A stretch of DNA of 26,344 bases from a virus. Its lineage: Duplodnaviria > Caudoviricetes. Location of the stretch: the IMG/VR virus record IMGVR_UViG_3300033416_000028, positions 1-26,344 of that record. One strand, 5' to 3'. Shown here piece by piece: positions 1 through 7,320 of the stretch. Under the pieces are notes generated by a model. The model did not search any database and had not been told where the DNA came from. It was given only the letters and a program-made list of their open reading frames with translations. The first letter of the stretch is position 1, and the number at the start of each line of letters is the position of its first letter. The translations under genes and the position numbers were made by a program.

Positions 1-2
1 AT

Positions 3-3000
3 GAGCCAACCTCGATCGAAAAGCTGGCCATCACCCAGATCAAGCCTGACACCCTGGCCAGAGTCTCTGATGATGAGGTCCGTGAGGTGTGGCTCAGGCT
101 GCACCAATGGTTTGCCAACGCGGTGAAGCAACGCAGGGCCACGGAGGACTTTATCAACGCAGCTGTCTGGGTCCTGGACGAGTTCAAGCGCAGGGGGTTT
201 GAGGCCTCGGACTCACCGCTCAAGGAGGAGGCTGAAAAGCTGCGCTCCGTGCGCAAGGAAAAAGGGATCGTGGGCAGGCTGGAAAAGCTCCCCAGGGATC
301 TGGTGGTGGTGCGGGATTTCATCTGCCTGGTGGGATCCGCAGCCAAGGGCAAGGAAGATCCCAATGACATCGATCTGCTAGTGCGCGCTCCACGTCAGGA
401 GGATGATTGCCTGGTGCAGCTGGAAAACATCTGGCTCCCCATACGCAACGTGATGGACCCAGAAAAGCGTGATCTGCTGTCATTCCTTTGGAACGCGCAG
501 GGAGCGCACGGCACGCACTTTCCGCTCTATGACTTGGTGTTGCGCAGGAAGGATCAGATAGAGCAAACGATCGTCAAGGCTGACAAGCCACGGAGCGCGC
601 AGGGCCTGACGGCCTTGGATACCCAGGAGCGCACCAAGTCCCAGCGGAGGGCATTCTACAAGACAGAGGCCCAGTATAGGGAAGGCATCGATGGGGGGAG
701 TGCCCCGTGCATCCTCTGCGCATTCTACCAGCGCAGTGGTTTGTCAGAATACCCAGGCCCTGAGACATCCTCCTGCCAGGTGGTGGAGGGCAGCGTCAAC
801 CCATTCGGAACCTGTACCCTCCACATCAATGCCCTGGCCCAGGCCAAGGCCACGCAGCAAGCCACGGAGGCTGGAACCCTCAAGGTTGACCTGGGGTGTG
901 GGGATGCAAAGCCTGACGGGTTTTTCGGGATCGATATCAAGCCAGGCCCCAGCGTGGACAAGGTGGCCAACCTGGAATGGGGCATCCCGCTTGCCAGCAA
1001 CAGCGCAGCCGTGATCCGAGCAAGCCACGTGCTGGAGCACCTCATGGACAAGGAGCACGTGATGAGGGAGATCCACCGTGTGCTCAGGCCCGGGGGTGAG
1101 CTGGTTTTTGAGGTCCCCAGCACCAAGGGTGAGGGGGCCTTTGCGCACCCTGGGCACCGCTCATTCTGGAACAAGTCCGCGTTCCTTTTCTGGGTGCAGG
1201 ATGAGCTGAGGGAGGATCGGCCACGGTTCAACATCAAGGAACTTGAGGAGGTCACCCAGGGAGATCTCACCTATGTGAGGGGCACCCTGGTGAAGCCAGA
1301 ACAGGTGCAAAAGGCCCTTGCCCCTGGGCAACGCTTCATCCCTCCCAAACCTGCCATGGCTGGGACCACGGAGCTGTTTGAGGTGGAGGACCTCTGGAGC
1401 TGGGCAAAGGACAAGCTCCCCATTGCCGTGGAGCCAAAGCACAATGGGTTTCGCGCTGTGGTGAACAAGGCAGGTGAGCGCGTGTCCGTGTGGTTCGAAG
1501 GGCAGATCGGCAAGGACTTGTCCGCGCGGTTCCCTGAGCTGGTGGAGGCTGTCCGCAAGCTGGAGGGAAACCTTGTCCTGGATGCTGACGTGGGCATGGA
1601 GCGCGGAGGCAAGCGCGTTCCAAGGATTGACTTGATGCGCCTCAATTCGGACAAGCCAGAGCTGAGGCCCGGGGAGCGCGTGGTCCTCACCGTGTTTGAT
1701 GCCCCCTACACAGGCGAGGACTTGACGGGCAAGCCATTCAAGGAGCGGAGGCAGGAGCTGGAGCGCGTCCTGGGCCAGGGCAGCGATCTGATCAGGACCT
1801 CACCCCTGCGCTGGGTCAACAGCGTGGAGGAGCTGCGCTCAGCCGCGCGCTGGGCATTCGGTCACGATCGCTCTGAGGGCCTGGTGGCCAAGACGGCACG
1901 CGGCACCTATGAAACGGACGGTTCCACAAATGAGTGGAGCAAGCTCAAACGGGTGGCAGAAATCAAGGTGATCGTGCTCAAGGTGCAAACCACCAAGGCT
2001 GGGGATTTCAACTATTGGGGAGGCCTCCTCCCTGGTGGGTCGGACTGGGAGAACACCACGGAGCTGAATGGCCATGAATATGTGAACCTCGGCAAGACAT
2101 TCAACACCAACCTCAAGGCCAAGGTTGGGGACATCCTCACGGTGCAGGTGCTGGAACTCATCCCCAATGAGGAGGCACGATCCCTGGCCTGGCTGGGTCC
2201 GATGGTGATCGATATCGATACCACGCGCTCCCAGCCCTATCTGGCAGATCAAGCCATCGATGTGACAAGGAGGGCCAACGTGCTCCAGAAGTCCACGCAG
2301 CAAGTCCCCACCAAAGGACCCAAGGGTGCGCCTGTGGCCTTTGTGGGTGCCAGTCCTGGACGGTTTGAGCTGGCCAGGCGTGAGCCCCTGGTGGGGCCAG
2401 CTGGGGAAACATTCAATGACGTGTATCTGAAACCCCTGGGCCTCAGCCGTGATCAGGTGGTGCTGGCAAACGTGGTGCCCGAGCTGTTGCTGGAGGGTGA
2501 TGGACGGGTGAGGGAGCCAAACGATCAGGAGGTGGCAGAGCACCGTGAGGCGCTCCTGGCTGAGCTGCGGGATCTGAGCCCCAGGATCGTGGTGGCCCTT
2601 GGGCGCACCGCTCAGACGGCTCTGGGTGAGGCCGTGGATTTCACCCTGCCCCACCCGTCAGCCGTGCGCAGGTTCGGGGATCGCGGGGAGGTTGCACGCA
2701 AGCTGAAACGGATCAAGGAGGCCATCTCATCCAGCGTGGCAAAGCAACACCCCCGTGGGCTGGAGGAGGGAGGGGAGGACACGCGCGGTGCAGCTGCCAA
2801 TGATGACTGGTTTGAAAACTGGCAGGACTACCTCCCCAAATCAGGCAAGGGGAGGTTTGTCTATCAGCACCACTGGAGGGGAATCCCTGAGGAGGACTTG
2901 GGCAAAACTGATGCCCAGCTCCTGGACACAGGCCACAGCGTGCACGGAGATCTCAGGCTCCAGGGTGAGGATGGCCTCTGGGGATGGGCTGTGCTGATTG

Positions 3001-3983
3001 GGAGCGCAGCCGATAACAAGGCAGCTGGTGGTGACAAGCTCCTGGGCATGAAGCCAGGGCAGCCTGAAAAACTGCGGCTGGCTGCCAAGCTCCACCAGCC
3101 CGAGGCATGGCTGGACGTGGGGGTGGGCAAGCCATTGGTGGCAGAGCCAGGAGGCGCAGGGGCCACCTCCCAGACATCAGCAAAATTCTTTGCGCTTGAC
3201 CGTGGCACATATCAGCTTGGTGTGGCACGCAGGAGCGCGATCGAGATCTTTCTTGACGGAGAGCACGTCAAGGGTCGATACTTGTTACAGCTTGCAGAGT
3301 TCCCAGGTGAAGGTGGTGCGCAAGCCAGGCGCGTGTGGCTGATCGATAAGCCAGAAGATCAAACACCGATGGCTGAGCGCAGAGATCTTGGCGATGTCAT
3401 AGCCGAGTTGAGGCAAAAACAGCAAAGGTTTTTGATATGGGCAAAGCCGGGTGAGAAGCCCCAGCTCATTGATGTGAAAACCGGAGATGTGCTCAAGGCC
3501 TCAATAAGGGTGCCCATCCTAAAAGCTGATCCTGAAAAGCGCATTGTGTATGGGGCTGTCCTCGATCCCTATGGGGACAATGGCCCAGAGGAGGATGCGC
3601 ACGCTGACTGGATGCCCCCTGGTGAGGTTGAAAAGACAGCTCACGCATTCATGCAAGGCCCCAGGACCGTGGGGTTGCAGCATGAAAAAACCGCTGATGC
3701 AAAGGTGGTGGAGAGCTGGGTGGAGCAATACCCAACGCGTGAGGATTATCTGGCAGCCATGAAGCTGCAACCTCACAAGGTTTGGGAAAGGCCGTTCGGT
3801 TCTGACAAGGTGCATTCTGGATCGTGGTGCATGGGAGTGGAGCTGGGACCTAAGGAATGGGAGCTGTTCAAGGCAGGTGAGCTGAATGCCTTCTCCCCGG
3901 GTGGTGTTGGGATGCGCACTCCGATGTCACGATCGATCATGCCCCGTGTCACCTATGTGGAGCTGGTGGCCAGGCCCGTTTGA
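3..3983 (+). CDS. Multidomain prohead-protease polyprotein (NTase / HiPIP-like / methyltransferase / ATP-dependent ligase / UDG-like / LigD phosphoesterase-like / XkdF-type protease); 5'-truncated
   Basis: The frame is open from base 3 (EPTSIEKLAITQIKPDTLARVSDDEVREVWLRLHQW...), so the listed GTG at 87 is probably internal and the start lies upstream of the window. Domain motifs are listed in the sub-features. It sits directly before the scaffold and capsid genes. Confidence 0.9.
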   Translation, partial: EPTSIEKLAITQIKPDTLARVSDDEVREVWLRLHQWFANAVKQRRATEDFINAAVWVLDEFKRRGFEASDSPLKEEAEKLRSVRKEKGIVGRLEKLPRDLVVVRDFICLVGSAAKGKEDPNDIDLLVRAPRQEDDCLVQLENIWLPIRNVMDPEKRDLLSFLWNAQGAHGTHFPLYDLVLRRKDQIEQTIVKADKPRSAQGLTALDTQERTKSQRRAFYKTEAQYREGIDGGSAPCILCAFYQRSGLSEYPGPETSSCQVVEGSVNPFGTCTLHINALAQAKATQQATEAGTLKVDLGCGDAKPDGFFGIDIKPGPSVDKVANLEWGIPLASNSAAVIRASHVLEHLMDKEHVMREIHRVLRPGGELVFEVPSTKGEGAFAHPGHRSFWNKSAFLFWVQDELREDRPRFNIKELEEVTQGDLTYVRGTLVKPEQVQKALAPGQRFIPPKPAMAGTTELFEVEDLWSWAKDKLPIAVEPKHNGFRAVVNKAGERVSVWFEGQIGKDLSARFPELVEAVRKLEGNLVLDADVGMERGGKRVPRIDLMRLNSDKPELRPGERVVLTVFDAPYTGEDLTGKPFKERRQELERVLGQGSDLIRTSPLRWVNSVEELRSAARWAFGHDRSEGLVAKTARGTYETDGSTNEWSKLKRVAEIKVIVLKVQTTKAGDFNYWGGLLPGGSDWENTTELNGHEYVNLGKTFNTNLKAKVGDILTVQVLELIPNEEARSLAWLGPMVIDIDTTRSQPYLADQAIDVTRRANVLQKSTQQVPTKGPKGAPVAFVGASPGRFELARREPLVGPAGETFNDVYLKPLGLSRDQVVLANVVPELLLEGDGRVREPNDQEVAEHREALLAELRDLSPRIVVALGRTAQTALGEAVDFTLPHPSAVRRFGDRGEVARKLKRIKEAISSSVAKQHPRGLEEGGEDTRGAAANDDWFENWQDYLPKSGKGRFVYQHHWRGIPEEDLGKTDAQLLDTGHSVHGDLRLQGEDGLWGWAVLIGSAADNKAAGGDKLLGMKPGQPEKLRLAAKLHQPEAWLDVGVGKPLVAEPGGAGATSQTSAKFFALDRGTYQLGVARRSAIEIFLDGEHVKGRYLLQLAEFPGEGGAQARRVWLIDKPEDQTPMAERRDLGDVIAELRQKQQRFLIWAKPGEKPQLIDVKTGDVLKASIRVPILKADPEKRIVYGAVLDPYGDNGPEEDAHADWMPPGEVEKTAHAFMQGPRTVGLQHEKTADAKVVESWVEQYPTREDYLAAMKLQPHKVWERPFGSDKVHSGSWCMGVELGPKEWELFKAGELNAFSPGGVGMRTPMSRSIMPRVTYVELVARPV
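264..560 (+). other. Domain of ORF1: Pol-beta-superfamily (minimal) nucleotidyltransferase-like
   Basis: FICLVGSAAKGKEDPNDIDLLVR matches the hG[GS]-x9-13-DhD signature (GS at 333, DID at 366). Confidence 0.7.
660..825 (+). other. Domain of ORF1: HiPIP-like four-cysteine metal/Fe-S binding module
   Basis: AQY...CILCAFY-x15-CQVVEGSVNPFGTC, with Cys codons at 708, 717, 774 and 813. Spacing and flanking residues resemble HiPIP (CxxCxxY...CxxxxGxVxxxGxC). Confidence 0.55.
879..1295 (+). other. Domain of ORF1: class I SAM-dependent methyltransferase (Methyltransf_11-like)
   Basis: KVDLGCG (motif I), GIDI, ASHVLEHL and MREIHRVLRPGG. Confidence 0.85.
1320..2288 (+). other. Domain of ORF1: ATP-dependent polynucleotide (DNA) ligase, adenylation domain plus probable OB-fold
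   Basis: Motif I EPKHNGFR (Lys at 1437), III VLDADV, IIIa VFD, ERRQEL, IV SEGLVAK, V WSKLKR, followed by a beta-rich OB-like region. Confidence 0.85.
2300..2730 (+). other. Domain of ORF1: uracil-DNA glycosylase superfamily (family 4-like, divergent)
   Basis: GPKGAPVAFVGASPGRFE...PLVGPAG, LANVV, PRIVVALGRTA and LPHPSA match family-4 UDG motifs A and B. Confidence 0.8.
2850..3360 (+). other. Domain of ORF1: LigD-type 3'-phosphoesterase-like
   Basis: RFVYQHH...HGDLRL...WAV...RLA...DRGTY...LDGEHVKGRYLL...WLIDK parallels the LigD PE consensus FVxQxH...HYDFRL...WAV...RLA...DxGxY...LxGxxLxGRWxL...WLLxK. Confidence 0.7.
3525..3983 (+). other. Domain of ORF1: XkdF-like (Peptidase S78/HK97-fold) prohead serine protease
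   Basis: EKRIVYGAVLDP, DAHADWM..GEVEKTAHAFM, GLQHE (His at 3681), VVESW, GSWCMGV, W...KAGELNAFSPGG (Ser at 3894). Confidence 0.8.
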
Positions 3984-3999
3984 CTTTTTGGAGGAGCAC

Positions 4000-4929
4000 G
4001 TGGGAAATAAAGGACTGACAGCCTTGACTGACTTGCGGGCAGGTGAGGTTTCCCTTGTCACGAGAGGCGCAAACAGGAAACGGCGATTTCCAATCTACAA
4101 ACAGGAGAACGGGACAATGGACGAGCAAACGATCGAGGTGCTCAAATCAGTGATGGAAACCGAGGTGGACGGGGAGGCTCAGCTGGATGAGGTTTTCAAG
4201 GCTGACAAGGTTTCCAAGAAGGGCCTTGAGGCGATCCGTGGTGCGCTGCGGATCCTCAATGGCTTCAAGGAGGAGATGCCCAAGGACGTGATGTCCAAGC
4301 TGGCAGGCCTGGCAGGGTACGCTCCCCCGGGAAAGGACGAGTATCCCAAACCCAAGGAGGATGAGATGGACAAGAACAAGGGCAAGGTGAACAAGGCAGA
4401 TGAGCTGCCCCCTGAGGTCAAGGCGATCCTCGATCCGATCATGAAAGCTCAGAACGATCAGATCACCGCGCTCAAGGAGCAGATCGCCAAGTCCGATGAG
4501 GCGCTCACCAAGGAGCGGGATCAGCACGCGCTGGAGGCCTGGATCAAGAAGTGTGAGCAGGAACTCAGCTTCTATCCGGGGAAGTCCAGCGAGGACCTCG
4601 GAAAGATGCTGCACGTGCTGGCCAAGCAAGACGGCAAGCTGGCAGAGGAGCAATTCAACAGCATGAAGCAAGCCAGCGCCACGATCGAAAAGAGCGCGCT
4701 CCTCACCGACGTGGGCCTCAAACAGGGTGACACCACGCGCACGGGAGTCACCAACGGCACGGCCTGGGATGCCATCTGCAAGCTGGCTGACGGGATCGTG
4801 GAGAAGTCCGAAAAGAACGTCTCCAGACACGCAGCGGTTTCGCAGGTGCTCAAGTCCGAGAAGGGCAGGCAGCTGTATGCCCAGTATCTGGAGGAGCACC
4901 CTGCGCAGATCGAGTCTTTCAGGCGCTAA
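4000..4929 (+). CDS. Capsid scaffolding protein with an N-terminal protease-like strand
   Basis: GGAGGAG at 3990-3996 precedes GTG at 4000, a better start than the listed 3886. The protein is charged and coiled-coil-like, begins LTDLRAGEVSLVTRGAN, and lies between the protease and capsid genes. Confidence 0.75.
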   Translation: MGNKGLTALTDLRAGEVSLVTRGANRKRRFPIYKQENGTMDEQTIEVLKSVMETEVDGEAQLDEVFKADKVSKKGLEAIRGALRILNGFKEEMPKDVMSKLAGLAGYAPPGKDEYPKPKEDEMDKNKGKVNKADELPPEVKAILDPIMKAQNDQITALKEQIAKSDEALTKERDQHALEAWIKKCEQELSFYPGKSSEDLGKMLHVLAKQDGKLAEEQFNSMKQASATIEKSALLTDVGLKQGDTTRTGVTNGTAWDAICKLADGIVEKSEKNVSRHAAVSQVLKSEKGRQLYAQYLEEHPAQIESFRR

Positions 4930-4986
4930 GCGCACGGACCAAACAACACGGCTCTGACTGAGCCTAAAAAAAAGGTGAGGTGAAAA

Positions 4987-5361
4987 ATGGCATTCGAGAA
5001 TCCGCATGAAATCCTTGAGGGGCTCTTGGCTGGGGAGGATCTTTCCCTGGCTCAGGACAGCCTGGTGGTGATTGACAACACGGGCAAGGCCGTGCTCAAC
5101 ACCGTGGCTGGTGGAATCGTGGACGGTGTGCTCCTGGGCAAACCCACCACGGGGCAGGTGGCAAGCGTGGCCTGCGGTGGACGTGCGATCGTCAAGTGCG
5201 GTGCCGCAGTGGATCCCGGGGATCCCGTGGCCTCGGACGATCAGGGCAGAGCGATCAAAGCGCTCAGCGCCACGTTTGCCTTTGGCCGTGCCCTCACGGG
5301 AACCACCACGGCTGGGGAGCGCCTAACCGTCAACCTCAAAGCCTTTGGGTTCCTGCCCTAA
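4987..5361 (+). CDS. Capsid decoration/cement protein (DUF2190-like)
   Basis: 124 aa, Gly/Ala/Val-rich (GAAVDPGDPVASDDQGRA...GRAL), just upstream of the capsid gene, with a GAGGTG RBS. Confidence 0.75.
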   Translation: MAFENPHEILEGLLAGEDLSLAQDSLVVIDNTGKAVLNTVAGGIVDGVLLGKPTTGQVASVACGGRAIVKCGAAVDPGDPVASDDQGRAIKALSATFAFGRALTGTTTAGERLTVNLKAFGFLP

Positions 5362-5386
5362 GGCCTGATCAGAGGAGGATCAAAAC

Positions 5387-6370
5387 ATGCCTACCAGCAA
5401 CCCCACTCCGTCTGATGTCCATGTGAATCAACCCCTAACCAACATCTCCGTGGCGTATCTCCAGGATACCAGGGAGTTCATCGCCACGCAGGTGTTTCCC
5501 AACGTGCCCGTGGCAAAGAACAGCGATGTGTTCTTTGTGTTTCCCAAGGGGCAGTGGTTCCGATCGGAGGCCCGTGAGAGGCCCCTGGGCAGCGAGTCCG
5601 CAGGCACACGGTATGACGTGGAGAAGGCCCCCGCGTACAACGCCACGGTCAAGGCCCTCCATGTGGACATCGATGATCAGCTGCGCGCCAATCAGGACGC
5701 GCCTCTGGATCTGGACATGGCCAGCTCTGAGCTGGTGACCCGTGGCTTGCTCCTGCGGAGGGAAAAAGACTTCGCGGACAAGTTCTACAAGACGGGCGTC
5801 TGGACGGGATCCACCACGGGCACGGACATTGTGCCAGGCACAAAGTGGAACGCCACGGGATCCACCCCCATCAAGGACATCAGGACCCAGATGAGGAGCC
5901 TGAAAACGAAATCGGGTTTCAGGCCCAACAAGCTGATCCTCGGTGAGGATGTTTGGGATGCCATCCAGGACAACGGCGATTTCCTCGATCGCATCTCGAT
6001 CAGCCGTGACAAAATCGTGACCCTTGACCTCCTGGCCACGGTGCTGGGTCTGCCCCCGGGTGGCGTGCTGGTGGCAGGCGCGATCCAGAACATCGCGATC
6101 GAGGGAGCACCGAGCGGGGATGATCTGCGCCTGCTGTTCCAGGACGCTGCCCTCCTGTGCTACGCAGCCGATCGGCCTTCCCTCATGATGCCCTCCGCTG
6201 GGTACACCTTCAGCTGGACGGGCTATCTGGGGGCCTCCGCAGATGGCCTCAGGATGCTCCGTTTCAGAATGCAGCATCTGCGCTCCGATCGGATCGAGGG
6301 TGAGATGGCTTATGACCTGCAAGTCATCGCCTCCGATCTGGGTGTGTTCTTTGACAACGTGCTGTCCTGA
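5387..6370 (+). CDS. Major capsid protein (HK97 fold)
   Basis: 327 aa, with HVNQPLTNISVAY...FIATQVFPNVPV and RPNKLILG motifs typical of this capsid family, a GAGGAGG RBS, and the expected synteny. Confidence 0.88.
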   Translation: MPTSNPTPSDVHVNQPLTNISVAYLQDTREFIATQVFPNVPVAKNSDVFFVFPKGQWFRSEARERPLGSESAGTRYDVEKAPAYNATVKALHVDIDDQLRANQDAPLDLDMASSELVTRGLLLRREKDFADKFYKTGVWTGSTTGTDIVPGTKWNATGSTPIKDIRTQMRSLKTKSGFRPNKLILGEDVWDAIQDNGDFLDRISISRDKIVTLDLLATVLGLPPGGVLVAGAIQNIAIEGAPSGDDLRLLFQDAALLCYAADRPSLMMPSAGYTFSWTGYLGASADGLRMLRFRMQHLRSDRIEGEMAYDLQVIASDLGVFFDNVLS

Positions 6371-6396
6371 TGACATCCAGGCCTTGACGTGGTAAG

Positions 6397-6419
6397 ACGG
6401 TTCCACGTGACGGAACCGT
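6397..6419. promoter_or_regulatory. Inverted repeat/hairpin downstream of the capsid gene
   Basis: ACGGTTCC-acgtgac-GGAACCGT: a perfect 8-bp stem with a 7-nt loop and no U-tract. Confidence 0.4.
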
Positions 6420-6441
6420 GCGCACGCAAGGAGGATCATCC

Positions 6442-6876
6442 ATGGGTTGGATTGCCACCAAAGCAATAAGAGTCTTGAGGGCTGGGTCCTATGTGGATTT
6501 GAGGCCAGGAGATCCGTGTCCAGAGGCTGAGACATGGCCTAACCTTGGCGCCTGGGAGCGCACGGGATACGTGCGCAAGGTGCCCGATGCGCCCAGTGCA
6601 GCTCCAGCCGTGGCTGTTGCCCAGGCCACGCGCACGCTGCCCGAGCTGCCCAAGGCATGTCAGGAGCCTGTGCCCCTCAAACCACTGCCCCAGGTGCAGG
6701 TGGCCACGCACCACCAGCCGCAGCGTGAGGCCTCCCCACATCGGTGGGGAACGCGTGAGCTGCGCAGGAAGTCTAAGGAGGAGCTGGTGGAGCTGGCTGC
6801 ACGGCACGGAGTCAGGGGTGCAGGAGTCCTCAAACGGGATGACATCATCCAAGCAATCAGAGAAGCCCAGGGGTGA
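6442..6876 (+). CDS. Hypothetical head-region protein with a C-terminal Rho_N/HeH-like domain
   Basis: AGGAGGA RBS then ATG at 6442. It has a Pro/Ala-rich linker and the C-terminus ELRRKSKEELVELAARHGVRGAGVLKRDDIIQAI. Confidence 0.7.
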   Translation: MGWIATKAIRVLRAGSYVDLRPGDPCPEAETWPNLGAWERTGYVRKVPDAPSAAPAVAVAQATRTLPELPKACQEPVPLKPLPQVQVATHHQPQREASPHRWGTRELRRKSKEELVELAARHGVRGAGVLKRDDIIQAIREAQG

Positions 6877-6879
6877 CCC

Positions 6880-7320
6880 ATGAAATGGACGTACAGTGGA
6901 GACCCAGCCACCTCATCATTGGATGAAACGCGTTTCCTGATCGGTGACACCGAAAAGGAAAAGCCTCAGGTGTCTGATGATGAGGTGTTCTGGGCCATCC
7001 AGAAGGCAGAGAATGACACCACAGGCGCAGCCGTCCTGCTGTGCCAGCACCTGGCAAGGAAGTATTCCAGGCTTGCTGATTGCTCCGTTGGTGACGTATC
7101 AAGGAGCTGTTCCCAGATCGCCAAAGCCTACAAGGATCGTGCTGATGAATTGACCTCTGACTCGCAACAGATCGGGATGGCCCTCCCCAGCTTTGGTGGC
7201 CTGTCGCTTGGCGAAAAAACGGCCTTGTCTGAAAACACCGATGCTGTGCAGCCTGCGTTTTCCGTGGGCATGGATGACAACCCTGGAGCACCACTGGGAC
7301 GTGAACCTGGAGGGGTTTGA
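6880..7320 (+). CDS. Head-tail adaptor/connector protein
   Basis: WTYSGDP...RFLIGDT......SDDE motif seen in connector proteins, and position after the capsid gene. Confidence 0.7.
   Translation: MKWTYSGDPATSSLDETRFLIGDTEKEKPQVSDDEVFWAIQKAENDTTGAAVLLCQHLARKYSRLADCSVGDVSRSCSQIAKAYKDRADELTSDSQQIGMALPSFGGLSLGEKTALSENTDAVQPAFSVGMDDNPGAPLGREPGGV

Noticed and set aside
1-126. ATG at base 1 as a gene start
   Set aside because: That frame closes at a TGA after about 41 codons. The real coding frame is the ORF1 frame, open from base 3.
3-3983. Intein-containing protein or stop-codon-reassignment artefact as the explanation for ORF1 length
   Set aside because: No intein splice motifs (C-terminal HN followed by C/S/T) or LAGLIDADG blocks were seen, and genes end normally in TGA, TAA or TAG under the standard code.
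3886-3999. Listed ATG start of the scaffold ORF
   Set aside because: It overlaps the protease active-site coding region and lacks an RBS. GTG 4000 has GGAGGAG upstream.
4950-4973. GGCTC-tgact-GAGCC hairpin followed by an A8 tract as a terminator
   Set aside because: The stem is only 5 bp and the tract has the wrong orientation for an intrinsic terminator on either strand. It is more likely an A-rich translation enhancer.
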